Positions 1-14,999 of a DNA stretch of 64,000 bases are shown piece by piece. Positions within the stretch are counted from its first letter, which is position 1; each line of letters begins with the position of its first letter. Source of the stretch: the human T2T-CHM13v2.0 reference genome, Homo sapiens; assembly GCA_009914755.4 (NCBI GenBank), contig CP068257.2:20992001-21056000 (forward strand), read 5' to 3'. The position numbers and the translations under genes were made by a program. The notes under the pieces are model-generated. The model was given only the letters and a program-made list of their open reading frames with translations. It was not told where the DNA came from and ran no database searches.

Positions 1-53
1 CCAAGCAGGAAAGTTGTCCACACTAAATGTGCAATTTGGATAGACACAGTTAA

Positions 54-476
<423 letters not shown>

Positions 477-1131
477 TAACCAAACAGTACTTTCGTTCTT
501 TAGCAGAAATATACTAAGGTTACTTGAATTGTTAGAGAGTCAGGTACATAACACCCAAACACAATGTAACATTCTGGATAAGATTCAGGAAAAGGCAAAG
601 GACATTGGATTAAAACAAAGAAAATCTGAATAAACTACAGACATTAGTTAATAATAGTGCATGAATATTGGTTCATTAATTGTAATAAACATGTTATACT
701 AATGTAAGATATTAATAATAGGAGAAACTAAAAGTGAGGTGTATGGAGGGTTTCTATGCTATCTTTTTAATTTATCAGTAGATTTAAAACTGTTTTTAAA
801 AATTAAAACTGTTCTAAGACATAAAGCTTTTCTAAAATTATGCAATTTGTGTAATTATGAACTATTACACATACTTGGCTGAAATGTTCCCATGAATCAA
901 ACTGCTGACCTAATGTAGCAGAGCAAAATTTTGAAATACTGTATAACCACAACCAAATATAAAAATGCTTACAACAATAATCACAGAAATCATCATTATC
1001 ATTATTAAGGTCATAATAGAAGAAAGTAAAACTAGTGCTGGGTGACACCTGAGAATTCAAGTGAGAGTAAAAAAAAAAAGTTTGTTAATACTGAATGGAC
1101 TGTGCTAACTTCTATAGTTTCTTACAAAAAG

Positions 1132-1156
1132 CAAAACAAAACAAAACAAAACAAAC
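1132..1156. repeat. (CAAAA)n microsatellite, ~5 units
   Basis: gcaaaacaaaacaaaacaaaacaaaccc read directly. Confidence 0.8.
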
Positions 1157-1838
1157 CCACAAATATAACCCTGCTGCTTAAACTTACAATTATTTGCTAT
1201 GTCAAATAGAATCCTATGTATTGAAGACAAAGAGATTGAACATATTTCAATCAATGGGAAAATCTGTCAACACTTTTTCTCAGCTTCAAGAATAACAACC
1301 GGTTTATAGGAGAAAAACACATCTTATATGTGGATACACAATCCTGAGGAAGAAATCCTGTCAATAACGTCTCCTAACACCTCTCCTACTGCCTAATTTA
1401 ATTCAAATAAATAGGACGATACAAATTTATATAGCAGATAGGGCATAAGTGTGAGATGTCAGAGTAGGAGTATAGTATAAATATGGATCTTTTAAAATTG
1501 AAAATGTTCTTTGAAAGGAAATTATAAAATTTACCACGGAATGCCTAGTTTCTACCAGGGATTTTAAAATATTTATTACAACAAAAAATTGGAGTTATGG
1601 TGCTCATTTTGGAAACTATTCAGGTTTACAACTTGACTCACTGGCATCAAGCTTTGTAAATGTCTTATCCATGCCCCATTAGCATATCCTAGGGTTCACC
1701 TGCGGTTATGTAATGAGCTCCCATTTATGCCAAGAGCTTCCTGTTACAACTACCTCGTCCTTCTTCCTGAAAGCATCTCTGGTTCTGAGAAGTACAGAAG
1801 TTTAATAGAATTTCAGAAGTCATCTTCAAAAATGAAAG

Positions 1839-3737
1839 CGGCTGTAATTCCTTCTTTTTATATCTGATTTTATTTCTTTGAACCTTCTATCTTTTATTCT
1901 TAGGCTACAGGTTTGTTGATTTTGTTTATCTTTTCCAAAAAATTAATTCTTCTTAGATTTTGTATTGCTTATTTTTTCTCTACGTTGTTTATTTCTGCTC
2001 TGATCTTTATCATTTCTTTTCTTCTATTAATTTTGGTTTTAGTTTGCTCTTGTTTTTCTAATTCCTTTAGATGTGATATTTGGTTGTTTATTTGAGATTT
2101 TTCTCTTTAATTGATGTAGGCATTTGTTGATATGAAATTCCCTCTCAGAATGGCCCTTGCTGTACCCTATAGGTTTTGGTATGTTGTGTTTCTATTCCAA
2201 TTTGTCTCAATAAATTTTTAAATTTCATTTTTAATTATTTCATTGACACATTGGTCCAAGAGCTTGTAGTTTAATTTCTATGTATTTCAAAATTTTACAA
2301 AATAGTGTTTTTGTTTTCTAGTTTTATATCATTGTGGTCAGAAAATACACTTGACATGACTTCAACCTTCTTAAATTTATTAAGACTTGCTTTGTGACCT
2401 GTAATTTGACTTTTCCTTAAGAAATTGTTCCATGTGCACTTCAGAGAAACGTGTATTCTGCTGCTATTGGATGAAATGTTCTGTAAATGTTTGTTAAGTC
2501 CATTTAATCTAGAGTGCAGTATGCATTCAATGTTTCTTTGTAGATTTTCTCTCTGGATAAATTACAACTGTCATTTTGTTGTTTTCTTGTGGTTTTGTGG
2601 ATTCTTTCTTCTTTTTCTTTCTTTCTTCTTCCCTTACTCTCTTCCTTTGGAATTAAGTGGCTTTCTTCAGTGGTTTGTTTTGATTTATTGCCTTTTGTTT
2701 TCAGTGTATCTATTACAAGTTTTTGCTTTGTGGTTACCGCCATCTTAAAAAAAATCTTATAACATGTAATTTTAAGTGGATAATAGCTTAATTTTGATTG
2801 CAAAAAATAAAAGCCATTAGATTTTAACCCCAGTCCAGACCCCTCCCAAACTTTTGAATTTATGGTGTCACAATTTACATTTTTTTGCTGCCTATCCCTT
2901 CAAAAGTTACTGTCATTATATTATACTTAATAGTTTTGTCTTTGAAACTTTGCACTAAATATATAAGTGATTAACACATCATTACAGTTTTAAATTAATC
3001 TGAATTTGACCTACTTTTACCAGCCAGTATTATACTTTCAAATGTTTTTGTGTTACTCACTAGCATTCTTTTCTTTCAATTTAAATAACTTTCTAGGCAC
3101 TTTTTTTTGTAAGACATGTTTGGTCATGATGAATTCTCCCAGCTGTTTTTGGGAAAACTGTTCTCACTTCTTCATGTGTGAAGGACAGATTTGCTGAATA
3201 AAGTGTTCTTAGTTGGTGGTGTTTTAGTTTCAGCACTTTGAAATATATTATTTCACTTTCTCCTGGCCTGTAAGCTTTCTCCTGAGAAATCTGTGATAGA
3301 CATATTGGCATTTCCTTCTATGTGGTGTATCTTATATCTTGCTGCTTTTCAGATTTTTTCTTTGTCTTTGATTGTTGGTAGTTTGACTATTAGATACATT
3401 AATATACTCCACTTAGTGCTGAATTTGATTGGAAACTCTTTGCTTCTTACAACTGAGTGTTCGCATTTATCCTCAGATGAGGAAACATTTTAGCCATTAT
3501 TTCTTTAAACATACTTTGTACCTCTTTTTACCTTTCTTCTAATTGTGGAACTCTCATTATGTAAGTTATCCTTTTCCTTTTTAAAATTTTTTTTTGCTCA
3601 TCTGAATGGATAATTTCAAACATTTTGTCTTCTGGCCCACTCATTCTTTCTTCTACTTGACCAAGTCTGCTGCTGAAGGTTTCTGTTGGCTTTTTTAGTT
3701 CAGTCATTGTATCATTTATCTCTAGAATTTCTATCTG
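1839..3737 (-). mobile_element. Inverted 5' segment of the above L1 (antisense ORF1 plus ORF2 N-terminal part, up to about ORF2 aa 410)
   Basis: 1895-2600 aligns by eye to the antisense ORF2 N-terminal region of the L1PA copy at 59100-59900 in this same window. 3550-3737 reverse-translates to an ORF1-like coiled coil (QIEILEINDTMTELKK...EERMSGPEDKMFEI). The inverted and sense pieces overlap by ~10 aa (the KNDKGDITT region) at the 3737/3738 junction. Confidence 0.7.
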
Positions 3738-4114
3738 AAAAAGGAGACGTTTTATCTGTTGTTACATAAATACAAAAGCTAATAAGAGAAAATTTGAACA
3801 TTTATATGCCAATAAATTAAATAATCTAGAAGAAATGGATAAGTTCCTGGAAACATACAACCTACCAATATCAAATCATGAAGAAATATTAAATCTGAAT
3901 CTATCAATAATGAGTAGCAAGATTGAATTTGTAGTGAAAAGTCACCCATCAAAAAAATCCCAAACTTCAAATCTTCACTGATGAATTCTACTGAATATTT
4001 AAAGATTAATTAATATCAATTCTACTCAAACTTTTCCAAAAATTATATAGGAGGGAATACTTTCAAACTTAGTATTTGAGGCCAGTATTACTCTAATATT
4101 AAAAGCAGACAAGG

Positions 4115-4115
<1 letters not shown>

Positions 4116-4160
<45 letters not shown>
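4116..4160. repeat. (CA)22 microsatellite embedded in L1 ORF2 remnant
   Basis: cacacaca... run read directly. Confidence 0.9.
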
Positions 4161-4163
<3 letters not shown>

Positions 4164-7100
4164 TCCAGGCCAATATTCCTGGATCCTCAACCAATACTGG
4201 TAAACCAACTTAACACAGTAAAAAGATTATTGACTATAATCAAGTTGGCTTCATCCCACTTTATTCAAAATATGCAAATCAATCAACCAAACAGAATCAA
4301 TAACAAAAACATTATATTATTTCAATAAATGCAGAAAAAGTGATTTTGTAAAAATCAGCATTTCTTTAAGATAAAAACCCTCAATGAATTAGGTATAGAG
4401 AGAAGGTATCTCAACACAATAAAGGCTCTATATAACAAGCCCACAGCTAATATTCTACCAAACAAAGTAAAGTTGAAAGCCTTTCTTCTAAGATCTGTAG
4501 CAAGACAAGTATCCCACTTCACCACTTCTATTCAACATTGTACTATAAGTCCTAACTAGAGCAACTAGAAAAGAGAAAGAAATAAATGGCATTCAAATTG
4601 GAGAGAGAGAAGTTAATTGTCTCTGTTTGCAAATGACATGATCTCATATAGAGAAAACTTTGAAGACTCCACTAAAAACTGTTAGAACTGGTAAACAAAT
4701 TCAGTAAAGTCATATGATACATAATCCACATACACATATCAGTAGCATATCTGTATACTGACTGTTAATTGTCTAAAAATGAAATCAAGAAAACAATCTC
4801 ATTTCGAATAGCTGCAAATAAATACTTAATAATAAATTTATCCAAGGAGGTGAAAAATTTATTCACTGAAAATTATAAAACATTTATGAAAGAAATGGAA
4901 AAGGAAACAATTATATAGAAAGATGTTCTGCATTCATGGATTAGAAGAATTAATATTTTTCAAATGTCTATGGTACCCAAAATAATTTATAGACTCAATG
5001 ACATCTCTATTAAAATTCCAATGACATTATCCATGGAAATAAAAAAATGCCTAAAAATATGTTTGGAAATGCAAATTATCCCAAATAGCCAAAGCAATCT
5101 AGAGTTAAAAGAACAAAGATGAACATATTGCACTACTTGATATCAAAATATACTACAAAGTTAAAGTAGCCAAACATGGTACTGGCATAAAAACAGACTC
5201 CAGGCTCATAGTCCCATTGAACAGAATAGAGAGCCCACATATAAATTTAGGCATGTAAAGTGAACTGATTTTCAACATAGATGTCAAGAACGGGCAATGG
5301 AGAAAGGACAATATCTTAAATAAATGGTATTGGAAAAACTAGATATTCATATACAGAAGAAATTAGACCCTTATCTCTGGTCATACACAAAAATCAACTC
5401 AAAATGGATTAAATACTGAAATTTAAGACACGGAACAATAGACTTCTAGAAGAAACATAGAGGAAAATATTCATGACATATATTTGGACAAAGGCTTTTT
5501 GGATATATCCTCAAAAGCACAGATAACAAAAGTAAAAAGAGACAAATGGGATTATATCAAACTAAAAATCTTCTGTATAACAAAGGAAACAATCAGTAGA
5601 GTCAAGAAACAACCTAGAGAATGGGAGAATATATTTGCAAATCATACATCAAAGAAGGGCTAATATACAAAATGTACAAAGAAAAGCTGTACAACAAAGG
5701 AAATAAATAACCCTACTTAAAATGGGCAAAGGATACAAATAGGCATTTCTCAAAAGAAGGCATACAAATGACCTACAGATACATGAAAAACTGTTCAACA
5801 TTTCTAATCATCAAAGCAATGCAAATTAAAACCATAAGATATGACCTCATACCTGTTAGACTGGCTATCATTAAAAAGATGAAAGATAACCAAGGTTGTC
5901 AAGGATGTGGAGAAAATGAAACCTTTGTAACCTGTTATTATTTTAAATTAATAAAGCAACTGTGTAAAATAGTTTGGAAAATTCTGAAAAAGATCTAGAA
6001 GTAGAATTACCATATAATCCAACAATAATACTACTGGGTATATATCCCCCAAATTGAAATGTTTCCCAAAAAATATATTTGCACTCCCATGTTTATTTAA
6101 GCATTATTCACAATAACCAAGATATAGAAACAACCTAAGGGTGAATGAATGAATGAAAAAAATTTTTAAGTGTGATGTGCGTGTGTATGTATATGTATTC
6201 GACTATTTTTAAAAGAACAGGAAATTCAGTCATTTGCAGCAACACAGACAAATCTAGAAAACATGTTAAGTGAAATAAGCCAGACATAGAAAGACGAATA
6301 CTGTATGATCTCACTCATACGTGAAATCTTAAAAAGTTGAACTTATAGAAGCAAGGAATAGAATGGTGGTTATCACTGGCTGTTGGGGAAGGGTGAGAGG
6401 AGAAAGAGGAGAAGTTGATCAATTTGTTCAACCTTACAGTTAGATAGAAATAAGGTCTGAGATTCTATTGCACAGTAGAGTGGCTATAGTTAATATTCTA
6501 TTATGTCTTTCAAGATGCCTGGCAGAGAAGATTTTTAATGTTTTTACCACAAAGGAATAATAAATGTTTGAGGTGATGAAGAATACGCTAATTACCCTGA
6601 TTTGATCATTGCAAAATGCATACACTTATCAAAACCACATTGTAACCCATAAATGTGTAGAATTATTATTGGTCAAATAAAAATAAAGTAAAACTTTAAA
6701 AAAATGAAAGAGAAGTTGGTGGATCAATATTCCAGCAACACTGAGTCTAATTTGCCCATGGCAGTAACTTACTCCTTAAAGTTTGTTTTCTTCCTTTCTA
6801 GTCTCATTTCCCCCTATCTTAGTGCATCTTGGGATCACGACGACATAAATTAATTGAACCATAAGCCTTAACTTTGCAGTCTGTTTTTTTGGGGGGGACA
6901 CAAATTGAGATATATTTGTATTCCCTGAAGGGGATAAAATGATTTAGACTTTCAAAAATTATTTCAATGTATGCTGTAATACTGAATGCAATGTATCTTA
7001 TAAAGGATTTACATAAGAGTAACCTGTAGAAAAAATAACTCTGAAAATCTATGATGACATTGACAAAAAGTGACCTCAGTATAGTAAAGAAAGTAAACAC

Positions 7101-7182
7101 TAAATCACTAAATCTAATTTCAAACTGATTTAAATTAGTCTGTTATTCTCCTGTACTACTTCTTCTTATTTATTCTCTCTTA

Positions 7183-7204
7183 CTTTTTTTTTTTTTTTTT
7201 TTTT
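7183..7204. repeat. poly(T) tract, ~22 nt
   Basis: Read directly. Confidence 0.8.
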
Positions 7205-7361
7205 GCTTAACAATGAATTATTCAAAATATACGGAGACAAAAAAAGGCTTTAGTGATAAGGGAGTTTTAAGTTTTCCCTTCTTTAACAGAAGGATACGTT
7301 AACAGAAGGGACACATGAAATTCAAATAAAATTGTGGTTATATTTGTATACCTATAGGGAA

Positions 7362-7432
7362 ATGTATTCTATGTATAGAATGTATATTCTATGTATAGAA
7401 TGTATATTCTATGTATAGAATGTATTCTATGT
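7362..7432. repeat. Minisatellite, 20-bp unit tgtatattctatgtatagaa, ~3.5 copies
   Basis: Direct tandem copies at 7381-7400 and 7401-7420 plus partial copies at 7362-7380 and 7421-7432. The unit is itself nearly self-complementary (tatagaatgtatattctata). Confidence 0.8.
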
Positions 7433-10400
7433 TTGTTGTATTTTATTTGAAGAATTATTTTATAGTCCTCTCTATTTACTTTTTTGTTATTAATGATAAC
7501 TTTTGCTCCCTTTGAAAATATTTTTATAGTGAACACCTGTGGCTTATATTTTATACGTAGTTTTGGTATTTGTTACAAGGGAAGAATAATCATAGGGAAA
7601 CTAACTTTCTTGGAGGAACAGCAGAAAGCATCAAGTAAAGTTAGAAAGAAAAGGATTAAGTTTCAGCAAAAGAGACATTTTTGCATAATTTCTAGAAAAT
7701 AATTCATTTAGAAAGAGGAAGATTTATTAAAAATATGCTGAAAGTCAGCATATGTTACCTTTCTGTATCCAAAGGAAAATAATAAAATCTACGAACACAA
7801 AGTGTGATGAAGCAGAACTGAGTCACAGACTTCACTACCTAGAGGCACTGACAAGAGCATGGCTCCTCAGACAAGTGACAACAGAGACAATGGTTTCCAA
7901 TTATCAGTGGAGCAAGGGTTATTTTTGTTTTTGTTTTAATATCTCCTTTAATATCTCCTCTTGTGAGGTGTTCATGGGAAAAATTATGACAAAGAAAAAC
8001 GGTAACTTCTTATATCATTTAATTTTCTAGTAATTCTGTATAAATACGAAAATATTTTAGCCAGTTTGCCACACCTGTTCTGACTGATAGAACTGAGAAA
8101 GTGGATACATCAATAAGTCAGCTCACTTACTACTTGTGGAGGGATGCCAAATATCAGACAAGCTCACCTGAAAATGAAAATACTGAAAAAAGTGTCCATG
8201 ACATAGCATTAAAATTGCCAATGCTTGCATTTTCTCTATCATTATTCCTTTTTTGAGTTGTTGTCTCTTATACTTTGTAATATTATGAGTTCTGGGACAT
8301 AAAAACTTAGCAAGACCTGTAACTCATTTCCTCTCACTTGCAGTGATGCCTGTAAAAAATGAACAACCTCAAACAAATCTTGTAGTAAAAATGTCAGAAA
8401 GCAGACCTTATAAACACACAAATGGAGTTTATGGCATGAAGTGGAGAGTTCTTATCTATAAGATGTTTGGGTGCTGAACAGATTTGGTCTTTCTAGTTTG
8501 CTTATTGCAATTACTCTTAAAGTTTTGTGATCTATGGGGTTGGGATTACTGGCTTGTTAGAGAAATGGGTCAGTCACATGTGTTCATTATTTAATGAGGT
8601 ATAAAATAAAAATTTTATTTAACCAAGTGGCTTACGCTATGAAGCAATGCACCATTATACCTTACTCAATACCCATCCACATACTAAATCTGAGATTGAG
8701 AAGCATTCTAATGCTATTGAGCAAGGAGCTTCAAAGGACAGGTGCACAGGAGGGCCTCAGATTTCTCCAAGGGAAATGCCTCACCCGTTTGTTTCTTATA
8801 ACATTAATAAAGTCGACATTGGTTTCAATCATAAGATCCATAATTCATGTGAGTCATATTTGACAATTCAATCTTACATGTTACCATGTTCTAATTTTAG
8901 GCAAGATATTTTGTTCTACCATAGAATGAGATACTTGGGACTTCGTAATTCTTGGTCAAAAATAGACAACTGTTAGTCATTTGCTGATGATAAGATTCTT
9001 GAGTGCTAAAAACTGCTAAGTACTCTTCTAGGAAAAGTTATAACTTCATGGTATTTAAAATTAAGTGACTAAGTTACATAATAAACATGCAAATGAAGTC
9101 GTGTTAAAGAGCAATGAGGGAGTACGAAGTGTTATCCAATCCAAGGAAGGGCTAGCTAGAAAGTAGATGTTCTGCTAAAGTTCTGAATAAATTAAAGAAG
9201 TAAACAGTGTTTCTTGTGGGCAACAGAATATTGGGAAAAAATGAAAAAAGAGTTCATCAACTTAGGTGGAAATTAGTTTGTTGTATGTGTTTGAGGAATG
9301 AAAAAGAATGCCAGCGTCTTAAACTGGATTCACTCAAAATCAAAACCTGAGATAAAGAAGTACATGCAGTAAGATTATTTTTGAAAATGAGCCATTTGTC
9401 AAGAGTGGGAGGCAGAAAAGAGTGAAATAGGCAAGTAGGAAATGCTAATCTAAGCTGTCAGCAAGCTGAACCCTTCTGTAGGAAAATGAGACTTAATCCT
9501 AGTGGGGACTCTGAGGGATCATGTAAAATTGATTTCAGAATCTGCCACTAAAGGAACAAAGAAGATGCAATTTAATCTATCAGTACATATAGATTATTGG
9601 TCAAGATTCACTAGGGTTAACACTCACATTTTTGGGTTTGTAAATACACAGAATAGCTAAGATTTTTTTACATGAAAGTAGAAGAGAAGTCCCTTGGGCA
9701 GATAGCAACAGACATGTGGTAAATCCTAGGCAGACGCTCTGTTTGTGTCTGGTTGCAGCTGTTCTTTGAGGTGATGGCAAGAGCATAAAGGTGAGCTGGA
9801 AGATTGGATAGCATGTAAAAAGTTCCTCCTACCCAGCGTCCAATACACTTCACCCTTTGCACTAATCACCTTCAGTCCTTCTGTGTTTAAATTCCAATAC
9901 ATTCTACAGCCTTCAAGATTGTGGCATGCCTCATTCTCTAGGAAATATTTAATAAACAAAGTTAATTGTAATGAGCTTAAGTAAGTGGTTTTTAAGACCG
10001 TACTTAATATTTTTCCACTTCAGAATTTTCTCATTTTTATCCAATTCTTCAAAATGTATAGATTTCTGGCAAAATGGGAGTGGAGGGGGGGTGGTTCTAA
10101 CTCATTTAACTAAAGAGTAGGAGTCTTTAGTTGCCTTATTCTTGTTAAGATTTAGTTTTACAATTGTTCATTTACAGTTATCATTGGGCATGAAACATCC
10201 AGGAACACCCTAGGCAATACCTTGATGTACTCCATGCTTCCACCATTGTGTAGGAGCAATCTCAATATCATATGGATACAATTAAGTCCTTTTCTCAGTG
10301 GTAGAATTTTCTAGCTTTGGTCTGAAAAGGGGGTATAGATCTCAATTTTTAATATGGCAGCTAAGTTAGACATTTGCTCAGCAGCTTTCAATTTTTTTTC

Positions 10401-10759
10401 TGGTTAGGGAAATCAATTAACACCTTAATTAGCTCCCATCTGTCTTAACATTAAGCAATATTCTGATCTATTAGTCATTCTTGCAGGTCCTTGTGGGTAA
10501 AGGCACCTGGTTGACTTTCTAATCTTGATGCTCATTATGACAGTTACTTTGAAACTATTTCTGATGATAAGTGTTGATCTTCTGGCCTCTTCAATTACAG
10601 AATCCAAGCCCAGTGGTCCTAGGGAGCTCAGTTCCATGGCAGTGTCTTCTAATGTCAGCTCTGGCCTAGAGAAGGAGGCACACCTGGGCTTCTCAGAGAT
10701 GTCAGCGTATATCTTAGCAGTTTATTTTTTACTGTTATTGAAAGAAATACAATAATCTT

Positions 10760-11300
10760 TGCTTATCTGAAGTTTCACTTTTCACAGTTGTAGTTACTTG
10801 TGATCAATCACAGTCTGAGAATATTAAATAGAAAATTCCAGAAATAATTCAGAAGTTTTAAATGGTGCACCATTTTGAGTAGCATGATGAAATCTCATGG
10901 TATTTCACTCTGTCCCACCGGGGATGTGAATCATGCCTTTGTCCAGTGTGTCCATGCTGTAGACACTACCCACTCATTAGTGATGAAGTATCCATCTTAC
11001 TTATCAGATCAAAAAAGCCATAGTATACATAGGGTTCAGTACTATCCATGGTTTCAGGCATCCACTGGAAATCTTTGAACCTACATGAATAAAGGGGGAT
11101 TACTATATCCTCTGATATTTCCCATGTAACATGCTTCACTGGTAGGGTTTCTAATCTCACATATTGGATTTCTTCCATTTTCCTCATCTACCTGCATCTT
11201 CTGAAATTGTTCTGAATATTCTATTTCATCCACCATAGATAATCATTGTTTTTAAAATTTAAAGAGCAATTCTAAGCATTGTCTACAGGTGTCCTTGCCA
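10760..11300. mobile_element. Possible ancient DNA-transposon remnant (TcMar-Tigger-like); tentative and recalled from memory only
   Basis: Motifs ...catccatggtttcaggcatccactgg...aataaagggggattactat... resemble terminal-region motifs I associate with Tigger/MER-type consensi. I cannot name the family and have no alignment. Confidence 0.2.
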
Positions 11301-12617
11301 GGACATTAAACATTGAGTCACAGTGGCATGCCCCTGCGTCAATAATAAGCCATCTATTTTGTAGTCCTGGTCCAAATCTTCACTTCCAGATACATTCCAA
11401 CATATGCTCCCTAATATTTTTCAATACTTATCAGTCATATCTTTTAGTTATTTGGATGTGCTTGTCTTTTTTCTCCTAGATAAATTACTATATTATCTTG
11501 CCTTTGCTCTGTTTCACTTGTCCCTACTTAGAGACTAGGAAACTATGAGAGGAGATAGGGTCAGAAATTGAATAATCTAAGCATCATCCTGCAAGACACC
11601 TGAACCAGATGAGGCCTTTACCAGAGCTCTATGTAAGAACAACATTTAATATGGGAAAGGAGCTATTTCTTCCAAACTAGCTATTGAATATGACTGTGGA
11701 AATTCAATATTCTCAGGGTTTTCCAGATAATTGCGCACATCCTGGGTCCTTAGGTCTTTCTTTCCGACAAATTCGGGCTCTTCTCTGGCATAGGAGACAC
11801 ATGGGAGTTAAACATTCAGTGTCCATTGTAACTCTGACATCTTTATATTTAAATACTGAGTCTTATTTTCATCAATATCTGCTCTGTTCTGCCAGGATGA
11901 CTTTACAGTATGCCTTCAGTTGATAATTTAAGCCTGTAATTTTCTTTTCTTTTTTTTTTTTTTTGGCTTCTAAAACTGTAAACTAAGGACAATGAATTGC
12001 ACAGTCCTTAATATTACTATTGCTCTTATATTGATAATGTGTGTTGTTACTATGCAAACCAACGCTTCATGTTCTCTTTGTACCAAATTCTAATTTATCT
12101 CCTGTAAATATCTTAACTATAATGCTACTACATGACAAGAATTACTGCTTCACTTACCACTGGCAATGGGAAGCTTATTGGAGTTTGGAGCAACATTATT
12201 CACCAAAACAATAAGGGCCACTGCTGTCACTAATTGTCTTCGTTTGGGTTACCTGGAAAGAAAAAAAAAGATGATAAAAGAATTTGTATGCATCTGGAGC
12301 AAGAGCAAGAGGACAGGAAAAGTGGAAGAGTGAGAGACAGAAGAAAGAAAAGTCAATCAAAGGCTGAGTGCCTTTATTCATTATTATAGTTGAGAGTTGA
12401 ACAGTTAAGGCATAAACCTCTTAGTAATCTTTAAGGAGCAGTGTAAAATAGACCTCTTAGTTGTCTAATAGAATGAGCGTGGTTGAAAAAAAGTTGAACA
12501 AGCAGAAAATGAGGTTACAAAGGTAAGCATGGACAAGATCACATGATACCTTGGGCTTTGGATTTTATTTGGGTTTAATGGGAACTCACTGTTGGGGTGA
12601 TGGCAGAAGAAAAATAA

Positions 12618-13056
<439 letters not shown>

Positions 13057-14999
13057 TTTGAAGATCTTCTTAACATGAAATGAATTTTAAAAGTAGGTTC
13101 AACATGTGATATGGAAATAAAGACCATGAGGATGACACTGAAGTTTTTGTTTTTGTTTATTTCCCCTTTGGTTAGGTGGGTTATTTTTGGAGTGATTTGC
13201 TGGTACAAAGAAGACTGGCAGGCATATGGAATTGCTGAAATTGATGCTTTGCCTTGGACATGTGAAAGATGCTTGTTTGATTGGCATCCAAGTACAAATG
13301 TTAGGTGGAAAGCTGGATACAAAAGTAAAGCTTAGGGCCAATTGGGGACTGGCTATATACATTCAGGAGTAATTAATCAATAGATGTTACTTAAAGCCAT
13401 GGAAACTCACTACGAACATAGTGAGTCATAGGGAGAAAATAATTTCTAAGCATGTAGTGAATAATCCTAATGTTTACTGATTAGACAGAAATTCTAATAC
13501 TTAGAGACTGAAGAGAATGACAGGAGAAGGAATAGTTAGTAAATTGTATGAAAAACGAGAAGACTCTTATGACCCAGAAAACAAGTGAAGAAACTGGTTA
13601 ATGAGAGAGGCACCTATCACCTTTGTCAAATATTGTTGAAAGGTACCAAGTTTACTTTAGGAATTTAAAAATGGTGAGATTGAAAAGAATGGTTTCAGTG
13701 GTTTGACCTTGATGAATGTTTAATTGCAGAGGTATAGCAAGAATAAGATAATAGTCAATAATGGTGAATATATTTATATATGTATGTATGTGCATATATG
13801 TATGTGTCTACATGTATATACAGATAACTTTAAAAGTTTTCTTTAATACACAGGGACAAGTAAATAAGGAATTTGCATAATTTTAAATTTGATTACTATG
13901 CATCAAGTTAAATAGTGATAGAACTAATCTAATAAATTATTTAAATATGCCATGGCATGAGAGAACAAATAACTACCAAAGGGAATACACTGATTTGCTA
14001 AGTTAGAATGAGGTTCAGTGTAAAACAGAGGACGTGATCTTAGATATAAACACTGGCTATGTATTCACTGTGAGGAAAGGGAAAGAATGGTCGGGCCTAT
14101 AGATTCCAGTGGATTGGTTCATTTGGTGATGTAGGTGAAGGAATTCACTTTTAAGTTGTACTATATTTTCGGTAAAATAATAATATTAGCTTAAAATAGG
14201 GAGTGAAGAAATTTTCTCACTGAACAGTTATGTGAATTGGCTAGGAAATGTAATAGCCTTGCCAAGAAGTCCTGAGCATACACTCCATGCTTGCGGTTAT
14301 AAATTTAAAGTGAGACAAGTCCATACCATTGTGTGTGCATATGAGTGTGTGTGTGCAAGCAAAGTTAGTTGCTTTCAAATTCACTGATGTAGTTAGAAGG
14401 TTATATAGAAATAGATCTTTCTGGGTATGGTTAAACATGGAAGTAAAATTGAAGTTATCTGAGAAAAAGTAATTATATTAACATACCTTGAATTCTAAGT
14501 TGGGTAAGGAGGGGAGGATGAAGAGTGGTAAAGGTGATAGAGTTAATAGACTGGAGTTCAAGGTGAAGTCAAAGTTTTTCTTTTTGTTTCAAGTAGGAAG
14601 AGTAAGAGAAATAAGTTGAAAGATAGAAATTTTAAATCATAGCCGAGATCCATGAATCTAAATTTCTGAAGATGGTGGAGTAATTGGCAATGATAAACAC
14701 TAAAGTATGAGAACACTAGACTATGAAGTATGGAAGAAGAAAATTGTATGATTGATGAAGAGCTTAAGGAATTAGAAGGCCCAAGAGGTGCATAAATGGC
14801 ACATATATGAAGCAGACCTTACATGTCTCATTTTATATTTTCTGTCTGTTTAGTTTCACAGGGAAAAAATGAAATTATTACTTTTTTTTATTGAACCCCC
14901 ATGATAAATAGCAAAAATGACTACAAATTATTTCATTTATCAAGAAGTGGTATCTATTTCTCCATCTTTTAAATTGGTATGGGTTATGTGAATTGCTTT

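Larger units (their letters stand above)
1839..6699 (+). mobile_element. L1 insertion (older primate L1, L1PB/L1MA-like 3' end) with 5' inversion (twin-priming structure); 11-bp TSD aaaaatgaaag at 1828-1838 and 6700-6710
   Basis: The right segment (3738-6699) is sense L1 ORF2 (its conceptual translation tracks the ORF2p motifs KGDITTD...[14 protein letters not shown]...GIQIGE...) through the 3' UTR, ending ...aaataaagtaaaactttaaaaaaa. The left segment (1839-3737) is antisense L1 (ORF1 coiled-coil region and ORF2 N-terminal third). An identical 11-mer flanks both ends. Confidence 0.8.
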
